64,000 nt of DNA from IMG/VR virus record IMGVR_UViG_3300028833_000066; one strand, 5' to 3'. This document shows positions 11,271-22,002 of the stretch, piece after piece; within the stretch, counting starts at the first letter, position 1; each line of letters begins with the position of its first letter. The position numbers were made by a program, and so were the translations under genes. The notes below the pieces were generated by a model. It was given only the letters and a program-made list of their open reading frames with translations, was not told the origin of the DNA and searched no databases. Source of the stretch: a virus. Lineage: Duplodnaviria; Caudoviricetes.

Positions 11271-12092
11271 TCAAATGCTTGACCAATGAAATTTATAGGC
11301 GGTCCGATTTGGTATATCACATACTTTACTAATATTAGCATTATATGCTTTTGCCGCTCGACCGGTCTCTTTTAGCCATTTTACTGCCGCTGATATTGTT
11401 GGAAAAGTTTTATTTTCTTCAATACAACGAATAGCTAAATTTTTATTATCAATATAATTATCTATATTGAAATTATCATAATCCTAAATCTTACACCAGA
11501 TATACCCGCCAGCCGTCTTTGCTTCGCCATTAACAGCACTCCATAGTTGGGTTCTACCAATATGTACTGCTTCTTGAGCTTCCTTTAATGAAGAAAATTC
11601 TTCAATAATTTCACCTGTATTTCTATCAATTTGATAGACTGGTTGATATTGTCCTTGGCCAGATAAATCATTAGCTTCTAAAATTTTCAATACTGTCTAA
11701 ATTGAGCACCCAAATTGTCGTGCCGTTTCAGAAGCATTCTTCTTACCAGTAGAATTAAAGAATGCTAAGATTTCATTTGAATTAAATTTTTCTACTCCAT
11801 CTCCGCCAAAAGAACAATTATATCCTTTTGGAGTAACACAATCAAAATACTGTATCCAATATTTTTCTCGCTCATTTAAATTATCATTTTCAATCTTTTC
11901 TATTACTTCTATATGGAAATGTTCAAATCCATATTTTCGCATCGAACGATAGAGCGGATAATCGGTATCTAATTTTTCTGGATGATGACCTTTCCATAAA
12001 TGATGTTGCCATCTATACTTTATTTCATTTCGGGTCTATCCAATGTAAATTTTATCATTTACATCATTTACAATTTTATAAATATATCCCAT
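11271..12092 (-). CDS. GIY-YIG homing endonuclease with NUMOD1-like repeats (3 in-frame TAG)
   Basis: MGYIYKIVNDVNDKIYIG*TRN; TAGs at 12036, 11697 and 11484 join the track fragments into one 273-aa frame ending at TGA. Confidence 0.88.
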
Positions 12093-12304
12093 ACTAATCC
12101 CTCCGTGGATTGTAATTATAGGATAGCTTGCCTTCGGAGCGACATTATCTCAAAGAGTAGCTAATTCTTTGTTCCCTATCTTATATATATATTATATCAA
12201 ACTTTATTTTATTTGTCAAATATTTATCTTCATCAAATGCTCAATAATTTTTTAGAGCCTCTTTTCCTTTTGACAATTATATTATAACATAATTTTAAGA
12301 AAAG

Positions 12305-12679
12305 TCAAATATTAAACAGTTCGTTTGCTAAAATATTTGCCTCTTCATTTGTTTTGGTTTCATTCATAATGCGTTGTAATTTCGCATTAACATTTGTCTT
12401 ATAACCATTAATAGTATTTCTAATATTAGTGATTTTATCTTCTAGATTATTAATGATAATATAAGTGCCTGTAAGCAATTTAATATAATCATTACGTTCT
12501 AGTACAAATTCTTCGGCACTTAATTTATCAGTGAGGGCGGCAAAATCATCTCGCATAATCTGTGCGGTCTTTTCGCCCTTATCATCATTGTGATTATGGT
12601 CATATTCCATAACCTGCTCAGCGAGTAATTCAACTGCGTGAGCAAGCTCTTTAAATAGGTTCTAATATTCCTTATTCAT
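12305..12679 (-). CDS. Hypothetical protein (TAG at codon 6)
   Basis: RBS and ATG at 12679, in frame with track ORF 12305..12610. Confidence 0.65.
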
Positions 12680-12688
12680 AACTATTCC

Positions 12689-15064
12689 TCACATAATTTC
12701 AATTGTTGTATTAGAATTGCGAGCATCAATAATTAGTGAGCCGCTAGTCATTCTATTTTGAGTTGGAATTGAGCTAACTTCAATCATTACTGCTTTGTTG
12801 TTTGCGGAAATGAAGAGTCGTTCTTGCGCATCGGGAACAGCATATACTAGCGCAATTACTTCATTTTTGAGAGACATAACTTGATTACCTTTGATGCCTT
12901 TCGAGGTCATTGGGAAGTCTTCTATTGAAGTAATTTTGCCTTTACCATTAGTAGTAATGGAAAGAATACCTTTATAAGTAATACCATTTCTAATAATAGT
13001 TGCTGTTTGAATACTTTCATTTTTATCCAACTTGATGGCGCGGACACCCTTGGTTGTGCGGCCAGTAGCACTAATTTCAGTTAGACCATAGAAGTTATAA
13101 TTACCGCTACTAGACACAATAAACATTCTGTCGCTGTCGTCCATAGATAAATAAGCGCCAATTAGTTTATCACCGTCTTCAAGTTTGACTGCGGAAGTGC
13201 CTTTCTTTGCGCGAACACGATATTCTTCTGTATGGCTTTTCTTAATATATCCATTCTTGCTTACTGTCACTAGATGATGATAAGCATAGAATGAAGTGCC
13301 ATCAATTAGAAGAATAACTTTTTCATTGTCTTGCGGCGTAATCATTTCGTAAATAGAATAATCTTTATTTAGATTTAAATCACTAATTGAGAAATTATAC
13401 ATTCGGCCGCTAGTTGTAAATGCTAATACATTACCAAGATTGGTGGTGTAAAGTGTATTCATAAGATTAGCGTTTTTAGGCGGTTTGATATTTACGCCTT
13501 TACGTCCACGTTTACCACCCTGAAGCTCGTCTTTTTCTACAATTCTAATAATATCATTATCAAACAGCATAATGCCTACTTCTTTTTCTTCTGGAAGTTC
13601 TACTTCCTCATCAGTGGCAATAGTATTTGATAATTGAGTACGTCTAGCATCACCATATTTATTGACGACTTCTTCTAGTGCTTTAATTAGTTCTTCATCC
13701 AGCGCAGATGGGGTATTTAATAAGTGCTGATACTTCTCAATATCTTGTATAAGTTGTGCCTGCTCATTAGTTAATTTTACAATATCTAGCTTTGTTAAAG
13801 ATGAAAGCTTCATTGCTAGAATTGCTTTTGCTTGCTCTTCATTAAATTCATATATAGAAATAAGTTTTTCTGAAGCCTCAGCTGGATTAGAAGAAGCTCT
13901 AATGAGTGCTACAATCTCATCAATAATTGAGTATGCCTTAATTAGACCATCTACAATATTTTTCCGTGCGAGAGCTTTATCCAAATCATATTGAATAATA
14001 TTGCGCTTACACTGTCTAATATGAGCAATATACGCTTCACACGCTGCTCTCCATCCAAATACCTTTGGAAAACGGCCTTGGTCTAGTAGAACCATATTAA
14101 TCGAAAACCAATTTTCAAGAGAAGTGTCTTTATATAACTTCTCCATCATACGATTAGGATTTACTCCTTTCGTAAGATAAATCCTAATGTCTGCTTCCTT
14201 TTTGGTGTGGTCTACTACACGTTCAATTCCATAGTCTGGATGTTCAGAAGTAATTTCAGCGAGTTGATCAATTACTGTATTTGTGAAGACACTGTATGGC
14301 AGTTCGGTTGCTCTAATCATATTCTGGTCTGGAATATATTCGAGATGAGCACGAATACGAGCTGACTCACCTTTTCCAACCCTTAATGATTCCTTAACTG
14401 CGGCCGCATTTGTAATGGTTCCGCCGCATGGGAAGTCCGGAGCACAATAAATTTCATCAAATGTTGCGTCTGGATTCCTAATAAGAGTAACAAGAGCATT
14501 ATTAACTTCTTTTAGATTGAATGTTGGTACGCTTGTTGCTAACGCAACTGCGATACCAGAGCATCCATTTACAATATTCCAAAAGCCAATAGATGGGAAT
14601 ACAGAAGGAATTAATTCGGTATCATCGTAGTTATTATAATACTGGTCTCCAATTGCGTTCTTCTTTAATCCATCAAATAGCACATTACTAATTTCAGCCG
14701 CCTTCATTTCTACATAACGTGCGGCCGCATGACTATCTGGAGATGTAGGATTGCCAAAGTTACCTTGAACTGCCTCAAGAGGATAACGATAAGACCAAGG
14801 ACGTGCAGCACGGATAAAAGTATCATACATTGCGGCATCACCGTGAACGTATGACTGGCTCATTGCGGCGGCTACAGACTTTTGTGCCTTCTGGTATTTA
14901 TCCTTATAAGTTAGCTTATTGCTGTACTGCGCATACAATCCCTGCCGCAAGCCAATTTTTATCATATCGCGCACATCGGGAATAGCTCTTTCCTGCGCTA
15001 CGGATGCGCCATAAGCAAGAAAAGCATCCTCAATTGATTTTTGAAAATCGGTTTCATAAATCAA
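12689..15064 (-). CDS. gyrA: Type IIA topoisomerase subunit A (GyrA/ParC family)
   Basis: ERAIPDVRD, YVHGD, AARY catalytic Tyr, GIAVALAT, C-terminal pinwheel repeats. Confidence 0.9.
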   Translation of the reverse strand: MIYETDFQKSIEDAFLAYGASVAQERAIPDVRDMIKIGLRQGLYAQYSNKLTYKDKYQKAQKSVAAAMSQSYVHGDAAMYDTFIRAARPWSYRYPLEAVQGNFGNPTSPDSHAAARYVEMKAAEISNVLFDGLKKNAIGDQYYNNYDDTELIPSVFPSIGFWNIVNGCSGIAVALATSVPTFNLKEVNNALVTLIRNPDATFDEIYCAPDFPCGGTITNAAAVKESLRVGKGESARIRAHLEYIPDQNMIRATELPYSVFTNTVIDQLAEITSEHPDYGIERVVDHTKKEADIRIYLTKGVNPNRMMEKLYKDTSLENWFSINMVLLDQGRFPKVFGWRAACEAYIAHIRQCKRNIIQYDLDKALARKNIVDGLIKAYSIIDEIVALIRASSNPAEASEKLISIYEFNEEQAKAILAMKLSSLTKLDIVKLTNEQAQLIQDIEKYQHLLNTPSALDEELIKALEEVVNKYGDARRTQLSNTIATDEEVELPEEKEVGIMLFDNDIIRIVEKDELQGGKRGRKGVNIKPPKNANLMNTLYTTNLGNVLAFTTSGRMYNFSISDLNLNKDYSIYEMITPQDNEKVILLIDGTSFYAYHHLVTVSKNGYIKKSHTEEYRVRAKKGTSAVKLEDGDKLIGAYLSMDDSDRMFIVSSSGNYNFYGLTEISATGRTTKGVRAIKLDKNESIQTATIIRNGITYKGILSITTNGKGKITSIEDFPMTSKGIKGNQVMSLKNEVIALVYAVPDAQERLFISANNKAVMIEVSSIPTQNRMTSGSLIIDARNSNTTIEIM

Positions 15065-15121
15065 GGCTTATCATCCTCCTTTTTATATATTTATTATATC
15101 ATAAAATTTAATTATTGTCAA

Positions 15122-15961
15122 TTATTCGTTTAGCCATTGAATATAATATGAGACGAAATCCGCTTTTCCAAAACCAGGTGTAGAAGTATTTCTTGCTGCC
15201 AATCCTTCAAAATCAGCTTCAAGCATAAATCTATCTGCTTGTTCACATAAAGGTTCAACAAAGAAAAATTGTATATTATTTTTCATTTGTTCTTTTACTA
15301 TACTATATTCTTTATCTTTTAAAAATAAATGATGATAATCTTTATATCCTTGTCGATATAAAGCATATTTCCAATTTTCATCTACATATTTCATGGCTTC
15401 AGGCGTAGCATTATACTACCAAATATTAAAATCTTTATGTTTAATGGGTGGTGCTTTTAAAATACGTAAATTATTTGAAATATTTTCTCTTGTCCAAATT
15501 TGAAATACACATCGTACAGAAAAATCTTTACCATTATCTGTAAAACTATTTTCGGGTAAATACATATATGCTTGTAAATTAAAGTTAGAATCTAATTCTT
15601 TATGTACACCCCATTTCATAAATGATACTGGGACTATAAAAGCAATAATTTTACTATATTTTGCTGCATGATTAAAAAATTCAATAGCTAATTTTGATCG
15701 TTTCCCAAAAGGTGGATTGCCAATAGTAATATAATCATTACGAGGTAATTCTAATGTTAAAAAGTCTGCCTACTTAATATTGTCTCCTTCTGGTTTAATA
15801 TCAAAAGCATCATATTTTATCAAAAAGGGCAAAAAATTTCCAGAACCAGCGGAAGGCTCCAAAAAATATTCTTTATCTATTTCTGGATAATATTGTTTGA
15901 GAAAATTATAACATTGATATGCGATAGTTGGCTTTGTGTAAAATTTGTCTAAATTCACCAT
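15122..15961 (-). CDS. Amino (N6A/N4C) DNA methyltransferase (2 in-frame TAG)
   Basis: FYT, LEPSAGSG SAM motif, GNPPFG catalytic motif; TAGs at 15770 and 15416 join three fragments into 279 aa. Confidence 0.85.
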
Positions 15962-15973
15962 ATAAAATCACCT

Positions 15974-16807
15974 TTATTTTATAAAACCACGAATAGTAGG
16001 ATTGTTTAATCCGCCACAATTCTGCCATCCAATAGAAATTCTAATCTTTCCTGCGTACATACCTAATTTTTGTCTCTTAGTCATTGATACTTTTCCGTCA
16101 CCATAAAGATTCATTAAATCTTGTTTTGTATAAACATCCTGAATTGTACTTTTGCCATAACAAAAAACAATTAATTTATCAGGAATTTGTTTATTACAAA
16201 TACCTTTAGTAACAGTATCCATAACAAATTGTTTTTCAATTTGAGGATTATTTTTTAAATATTCAAAAAAATCTTTAGTGAATTTCATTCGTACTTTTGC
16301 TTCAAGCTTACTATAATCTTTATACCATTTGGCATCATTACTGTTAATAGATTTAGCTATTTTTTGACTGACTGGCGATTCATTTTCATAACTAACTTTA
16401 TCTCCTAAATGTTCTACTAAAATGTCATATAAATGATATTCAATCATATACTCTTTATGTGTTTTAGCAAATCCATACCTATCTCTAGTATTAAATAAAG
16501 TTGTATTGAACCAAGTCCCTTTTCCGCTACTTTCTATATATTTTACTTCAATAATTTCATTATTAATAATAAGGTCGCCATCAGCGTTATTAGTTTTATT
16601 ACCAATCCAAGTAATAGTAATAATTTCACCATAACGCTTTTCATATTGTTCAATAAAGATAGCCGCATTTGTTAAAATTTGACGCCAATCCAGATCGGTA
16701 ATATGTTCTGGATAAGGATTATCCTTTGGTAAATGTTTTTTAACCATTACGATCGCCTGTTCAAATCCCTTACCATACCACTGATTATCTGTTTTTTTAT
16801 TAGCCAT
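15974..16807 (-). CDS. Putative PD-(D/E)xK restriction-type endonuclease
   Basis: GFE helix then GDLIINNEIIEVK; immediately upstream of the methyltransferase. Confidence 0.55.
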   Translation of the reverse strand: MANKKTDNQWYGKGFEQAIVMVKKHLPKDNPYPEHITDLDWRQILTNAAIFIEQYEKRYGEIITITWIGNKTNNADGDLIINNEIIEVKYIESSGKGTWFNTTLFNTRDRYGFAKTHKEYMIEYHLYDILVEHLGDKVSYENESPVSQKIAKSINSNDAKWYKDYSKLEAKVRMKFTKDFFEYLKNNPQIEKQFVMDTVTKGICNKQIPDKLIVFCYGKSTIQDVYTKQDLMNLYGDGKVSMTKRQKLGMYAGKIRISIGWQNCGGLNNPTIRGFIK

Positions 16808-16862
16808 AAATTTTATCCTTTCATATCACCTATTTATAATACTAAAATCAATATAATTATTG

Positions 16863-17042
16863 TCAATATTTATGTATAAACCAAATAATTATACCAATAC
16901 TAATTACAAGAGAAATCCATATAGGTGAAAGCACCCAAAGCCATGACCATTCTATAACATGGCAGAGCTTCAATACAATAAAAACTATTGTAAGTAGGCC
17001 AGTAAAACCAATGCCGCCACTAGTAGAATTATTTTTATTCAT
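16863..17042 (-). CDS. Small membrane protein (59 aa)
   Basis: MNKNNSTSGGIGFTGLLTIVFIVLKLCHVIEWSWLWVLSPIWI; RBS present; below the track length cut-off. Confidence 0.7.
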   Translation of the reverse strand: MNKNNSTSGGIGFTGLLTIVFIVLKLCHVIEWSWLWVLSPIWISLVISIGIIIWFIHKY

Positions 17043-17092
17043 CTTATTTCTCTCCTTTTATAAAAATATTATATTATAAATTTTGAAATAAG

Positions 17093-17431
17093 TCAATTGT
17101 TATTAAAAATTTTTTTCATAAAATCATTACAAATTAATATACAATAATTATCTAAATTAATATTATCTAACATTTCAATTAACTTAGTATTCTCTTCTTC
17201 TGTTTTATTAGTTAATATTAATAAATGTTTATTTTCTTTAAATCTTATAGTAAACCAATATTCTATGGCCCGACTTAGCTCTTCTAATGAAGTGGTTTGT
17301 GGAATCATTAATGAATTAATAAATATTTCATCACTATAATTGACTTTTATAAATGAAGGATATTTTTCACAAATAGTGTTAGCTATTACCCAGCCATGTG
17401 GTTCTGTAATTTTTAAAATTATAAGTTTCAT
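17093..17431 (-). CDS. Hypothetical protein
   Basis: ORF packed directly after gyrB. Confidence 0.55.
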   Translation of the reverse strand: MKLIILKITEPHGWVIANTICEKYPSFIKVNYSDEIFINSLMIPQTTSLEELSRAIEYWFTIRFKENKHLLILTNKTEEENTKLIEMLDNINLDNYCILICNDFMKKIFNNN

Positions 17432-17435
17432 AATT

Positions 17436-19295
17436 TTACCTATTTATAACACTAAAGTCCACATTATCAAACAAGAACTGTCTTCTTCCTTCAACTTCTG
17501 GGCCCATAAGCATTTGAATACTTTTAGCCGCGAGTTCAACATCGTAAATTGAAAGAATTTCAAGACGCCGTTCAGTTGGATGAAGCATTGAATGTTCCAT
17601 ATCATCCGCGGAGAGTTCTCCCAAGCCCTTTGCGCGCGTGATCTCCCAACTCTCTCGTCCCTGCCTTATTTTCGCAAGCTCTTCATCATTATAAGCAAAT
17701 AGTTTATTATTACCCTTCTCAATCTTATAAAGAGGAGCTCGAAGCCAACAAAGTCTATTTTCAAGAATAAATTTTGGCATAAGGACATAGAACATTGTAG
17801 AGATCAGGCACATAATAGAATAGCCATCAACATCACCATCAGTTGCGATAGCTACTTTTCCATAATTAAGCTTTCGGCTATTGTACTTATCTTGAATACC
17901 ACAGCCAAGCGCCATAATGATGTCACTGATTTCTTGGTTCTCAAGACATTCATCAAGTGGATGTTTTAGAAGATTCTTTACTTTACCGCGCACGGCATAG
18001 AGTGCTTCCTTATTAACATCGCGCGCGGGCATTAAGCCGCCAAGTGCTGAATTACCCTCGCAGATAATTAGCATTGAGTCTTGGCCGTGCTTTTCGCAAT
18101 CTTTAAACTTATCAGAAGAAGTAATCTTTTGTTTCTTCTGCTCAGTTTCTTTCTTCTCAAGATTAAGAACCGCATTACGTGCGCGTTCTGCTGCGGCTTC
18201 TGCTTTCTCTACCTTTTTCAGCATTTCTACAATAGTAGTAAATTCTGAAGGATATTTTACATACATATCCTTTAGAGCGTTAGTGAAAGCAGTAGTTGCA
18301 AGAGTACGAAGTGATGAGTTGTTAATTTTAGTCTTGGTTTGGTTAGCAAATGAAGGATTTTCTACTTTACAATTAATTACGTAAAATAAATTATTACGAA
18401 TATATTCACCATCAAAATCTTGACCAGATAGTGAATTAAATGTCTTTGTAATAGCACTACGTGCGCCGGTTACTGGAGTTCCAAGTTCTGGACAACGAAG
18501 ACCATTTACAAAAACATATGGCATTTCACGACGGCTGCCCCATTGAAAAGCAATTTCTACTTGGTCAGTACCATCGGTTGCTGAACTGGTGATAATATGC
18601 TTTTGAAGAGGCTTCGTTACTTGTTCAGCTACGAAGTCTACAATACCATTTTTAGCACAATATGTCTTTGTATCATTTCCATTAGAAACTACAAATTCAA
18701 TTCCTGGATATAGATAAGAAATATCCTGAATATCACGGCAAATACGACTATAAGAATAACCAATAGGTCCGTTAGAAAATACTTCCGGGTCTGGAATAAA
18801 TTCAATAAAAGTTCCGGTAGTTTTTACCGTAGTGCGAACTTCTTTATAATCTTTAAGGTCTCCCTTTTGAAAATAGGCAATCGCGCACTTTCCGTCACGA
18901 TAGCTTTTTACAGTAAATTCTGCGGCTGAAAGGCATACGCAGCTACCTCCGATGCCATTAAGACCCGAAGCATTTTTGTAAGCATCGTGAGAAAACTTGC
19001 CGCCAGTATGAGATTGAGTATAAATAGAAACAAGTACATTCTCACCATTTTCACGGATACCAAACGGGCAGCCGCGGCCATAGTCACGAACTGCTACTCT
19101 ATTCATGCTCTCATCAAGAGTAATTTCAATTTTCTTACCGTATCCGGCGAGAGCTTCATCAGTACTATTGTTGATGATTTCTTTAAGGGCCTGATACGTG
19201 CCTTCAATATCATCTGATCCCAAATACATCTGAATACGCTGTCTTACCCCTTCTTTAAAAGTAAGACTTTCAATTGAATTAATATCATAAGCCAC
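17436..19295 (-). CDS. gyrB: Type IIA topoisomerase subunit B (GyrB/ParE family)
   Basis: EIINNSTDE, DYGRG, HTGGKF, GLNGIG, EGNSA, RGK, TDGDVDG, KGLGE. Confidence 0.92.
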   Translation of the reverse strand: MAYDINSIESLTFKEGVRQRIQMYLGSDDIEGTYQALKEIINNSTDEALAGYGKKIEITLDESMNRVAVRDYGRGCPFGIRENGENVLVSIYTQSHTGGKFSHDAYKNASGLNGIGGSCVCLSAAEFTVKSYRDGKCAIAYFQKGDLKDYKEVRTTVKTTGTFIEFIPDPEVFSNGPIGYSYSRICRDIQDISYLYPGIEFVVSNGNDTKTYCAKNGIVDFVAEQVTKPLQKHIITSSATDGTDQVEIAFQWGSRREMPYVFVNGLRCPELGTPVTGARSAITKTFNSLSGQDFDGEYIRNNLFYVINCKVENPSFANQTKTKINNSSLRTLATTAFTNALKDMYVKYPSEFTTIVEMLKKVEKAEAAAERARNAVLNLEKKETEQKKQKITSSDKFKDCEKHGQDSMLIICEGNSALGGLMPARDVNKEALYAVRGKVKNLLKHPLDECLENQEISDIIMALGCGIQDKYNSRKLNYGKVAIATDGDVDGYSIMCLISTMFYVLMPKFILENRLCWLRAPLYKIEKGNNKLFAYNDEELAKIRQGRESWEITRAKGLGELSADDMEHSMLHPTERRLEILSIYDVELAAKSIQMLMGPEVEGRRQFLFDNVDFSVINR

Positions 19296-19355
19296 TTTAT
19301 CAGCCTCCTTTTCCTTATAATTATATTATACCATAAGTTAGAAAAAAGTCAAGTT

Positions 19356-19541
19356 TTAATTACTTGACTTTTTACTTTCATCAATTCTATAAACTTCATT
19401 ACCAATAATAAGAATAATTTCTTGATTCATAGCAGCAGAGAAGCGTTCTAAAATATTGTTTAGTTCATCAACATCTTTCTCAATTGCTTCTACATCTGTT
19501 TCGAGTGTATAATTAATTTTTATATATGGATATTTATTCAT
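19356..19541 (-). CDS. Hypothetical protein
   Basis: Overlapping start/stop with upstream gene. Confidence 0.5.
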   Translation of the reverse strand: MNKYPYIKINYTLETDVEAIEKDVDELNNILERFSAAMNQEIILIIGNEVYRIDESKKSSN

Positions 19542-19912
19542 TCCTCATTCCTCCAATTATCTTTTACATAAGTATATAATACGCTATTTAGTATATAGCA
19601 GCGGATTAAGCTATCTAATGTTTTAGGTAGATTTTCTTTGTCTAAATGATGATAATTAGTATCAAAATCAAAGTCATAAATTGCTTCAAATAATATATCT
19701 AAATTATGACACAAATATTCTTCACAATTAGAATTAGTATCATAACCGAAACCGCCATTGCCGGTTATAGAATCTTCGCTCCATAATTCTTCTTCTAATT
19801 TTTCTGTAATATCCTCAATATCATCACCATATTCAGACAAATCAATATTATTATCTTTTACATAATCAGCAATATCATCATACATGGCAGTATAATAATC
19901 ATATTTTCCCAT
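19538..19912 (-). CDS. Acidic hypothetical protein
   Basis: D/E-rich ORF in a tightly packed operon. Confidence 0.6.
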   Translation of the reverse strand: MGKYDYYTAMYDDIADYVKDNNIDLSEYGDDIEDITEKLEEELWSEDSITGNGGFGYDTNSNCEEYLCHNLDILFEAIYDFDFDTNYHHLDKENLPKTLDSLIRCYILNSVLYTYVKDNWRNEE

Positions 19913-19915
19913 AAA

Positions 19916-20308
19916 TTACCATCCTTCACTATACGTAATATTTTCTTTTTCGCCGCAAGCTTGACATACAGCAGTATAACAACAACCAATGCCTGTACCA
20001 TAAGGAATTATATATGGCATTTTTCCGCCGTCTACGTTTGCTAATAAGCGACATTTTTCATGTTTCTTGCAAAATGCTAGCCATCGTTCTTTTTCTTGTG
20101 GAAAATCAAACATGCCATAAACTAGTGAAAAATTATTCTTTAATCGTTTAATTTCTTCCTGATTTTTTTGTTCTGCGGCGGCATCAATTTCTGCTCGCGT
20201 TTTGGCCGCGAATTTTTCAGCTTGTTCTGCACGAGCCTGATAGTGCTCCATAATTTCCTGAACTTGTTGAGCAAATGTTTGAGGTGTATATTGAGTAGGA
20301 ATAATCAT
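19916..20308 (-). CDS. Hypothetical protein
   Basis: Packed ORF with C-terminal CxxC. Confidence 0.6.
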   Translation of the reverse strand: MIIPTQYTPQTFAQQVQEIMEHYQARAEQAEKFAAKTRAEIDAAAEQKNQEEIKRLKNNFSLVYGMFDFPQEKERWLAFCKKHEKCRLLANVDGGKMPYIIPYGTGIGCCYTAVCQACGEKENITYSEGW

Positions 20309-20309
20309 A

Positions 20310-20594
20310 TTAATCCTCCGTAAATGTTATACCTTGTAAATCTAAACCTTGTCTTTTGGAAAAAGTTTCAAGAAACAGCTCAGCTTTTTGAATATAAAAT
20401 GGCTGCCCAAAATAATAATTGCCATCAATTAGGTCTTGATAATCAATAATATTAACATCATAGAAGCCATAAGCATTTGCCTTCACTTTAAGTGCTTCTT
20501 TATTTTCCGCAAGAACAGTTCCTTGAACTTTATTTGCGGCTTCAAGTAATAGTTTTGTTTTGCCTGTATTGCGGGCGCCAATAATTTTAATCAT
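20310..20594 (-). CDS. Small P-loop-like hypothetical protein
   Basis: GARNTGKT. Confidence 0.6.
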   Translation of the reverse strand: MIKIIGARNTGKTKLLLEAANKVQGTVLAENKEALKVKANAYGFYDVNIIDYQDLIDGNYYFGQPFYIQKAELFLETFSKRQGLDLQGITFTED

Positions 20595-20932
20595 TTTGTT
20601 TCAATCTCCTTTATAATATAAACTTCACTATATGGTAAATGTTCTTCAATTTGATAACCAGCATCATATAATTCAGTTGCTGTATATGATTTATCAAATT
20701 GAACTGTGTATTTATTGTGGCCAGTTGGTATATCTAAAAATGTAAATATTCCAACAATTGCAACTATAAATGCTATACATCCAATAATTAATATATAACA
20801 GCCTATAGTATAATCATTTGCAATAGTAATTCCTATAACAACACATATTATAGCAAATAAAACAATAATTAAACCCCAAATACTCGTCTCTGTTATAGGC
20901 TAAGTTTCAAGTATCGTAATTCCTTCTAACAT
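20591..20932 (-). CDS. Membrane protein (TAG at codon 11)
   Basis: RBS, ATG, hydrophobic segments, TGA overlapping next start; visible only with TAG read-through. Confidence 0.65.
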
Positions 20933-21012
20933 ACATAGACTCCTTTTTCTTTTATTATATCATAATTCTATTATATTGTCAAGTTTTTATCTATGTTGGC
21001 GGCCGCCAACCA

Positions 21013-21200
21013 TATTTTTATTTAATATTTATATTTTATATTATTATTTATATTTATATTATATTTATATTACTTACACGATTTTCGTGGAGTATCTCAC
21101 GATTTTCGTGGCATATCCACGATTTTTGTCTATACGAATGGCACGATTTTCGTGGCATGCTACCACGATTTTCGTGTCTATCAATGCCACTTTTTTCGTG
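21013..21200. repeat. Iteron-like array (6 x CACGATTTTCGTG) plus AT-rich tract; putative replication origin
   Basis: Copies start at 21077, 21098, 21118 (variant), 21142, 21164 and 21188 (variant); almost pure A/T at 21013-21072. Confidence 0.75.
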
Positions 21201-21203
21201 GCA

Positions 21204-21605
21204 TCATTCATCCTCACCTTCGTCCCAATCGTTCTTATTTTTTAATGTTTCATAATCAATAGGAAGAACCGGAGTAAAGGTATATACATTAGGTTTACCT
21301 TCTACTGGCTGAATATATCCTTTTGATTCTAATTCTTTTCGTGCGGAAGTAGCACCATTTTCTCCCAAGCCTAACTCTTTACGAATTGCCGCAGGAGAAT
21401 AATAGAACTGAGCGGGTTTACCATACCAACGAAGCAAATATCTCCATACTTTAAAAGTATTACCATTAAGATTACGCATTGCTGCGGCTTCATATTTAAA
21501 ATCAATAGGCTGAATAAATCTATTTTTACTTCCCGCCTTATGAAGTATTTGTTCTAAATTGGTTAAAACCAATTTTAATTGATTGGCATAATTCATATTA
21601 TACAC
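21204..21605 (-). CDS. Winged-HTH protein, putative replication initiator
   Basis: YSPAAIRKELGLGENGATSARKELESKGYI; ends 3 nt from the repeat array. Confidence 0.6.
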   Translation of the reverse strand: MYNMNYANQLKLVLTNLEQILHKAGSKNRFIQPIDFKYEAAAMRNLNGNTFKVWRYLLRWYGKPAQFYYSPAAIRKELGLGENGATSARKELESKGYIQPVEGKPNVYTFTPVLPIDYETLKNKNDWDEGEDE

Positions 21606-21631
21606 CTCGTTTATTTGTTTATATGTTTAGA

Positions 21632-21805
21632 TTATTTCTTTTTTGTAATTAATGGGTGTAATGCTTCTCTAAATTCTACGCTATCTTCAAAGTAATATAC
21701 CATGTATCGTGGGTCTTTATGGTTTTTATCCATTTTCACAACTTTAAATCCTTGCTTTTCTAATTCGTTTGCTACTTTCATATTAAATACAGCATAAAGC
21801 GCCAT
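21632..21805 (-). CDS. Small hypothetical protein (DUF5659-like)
   Basis: MALYAVFNMKVANELEKQGFKVVKMDKNHKDPRYMVYYFEDS. Confidence 0.55.
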   Translation of the reverse strand: MALYAVFNMKVANELEKQGFKVVKMDKNHKDPRYMVYYFEDSVEFREALHPLITKKK

Positions 21806-21807
21806 AA

Positions 21808-22002
21808 TTACTCCTCCATTAGTTTTTCTATTTTTTCCAATAAATAAATAGATGGATTGGTTTTTCCATTAATAACTTTATTAAGATGCGAACGAGAAAT
21901 ATTTAATATCTCTGCGACTTCTTGCTGCGTATATCCTTTAATTCGCATCCAATTAATAAAATTATCACATATTTCTTTTATATTGTTATATGTTTGTGTC
22001 AT
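21808..22002 (-). CDS. XRE-family HTH regulator
   Basis: TQQEVAEILNISRSHLNKVINGKTNPS. Confidence 0.85.
   Translation of the reverse strand: MTQTYNNIKEICDNFINWMRIKGYTQQEVAEILNISRSHLNKVINGKTNPSIYLLEKIEKLMEE

Noticed and set aside
1-19295. Inteins in DnaE, helicase or topoisomerase
   Set aside because: Lengths are ordinary and I saw no intein splice motifs.
21077-21200. CRISPR array
   Set aside because: 13-bp repeats with 7-11-bp gaps are far too short, and no cas genes are present.
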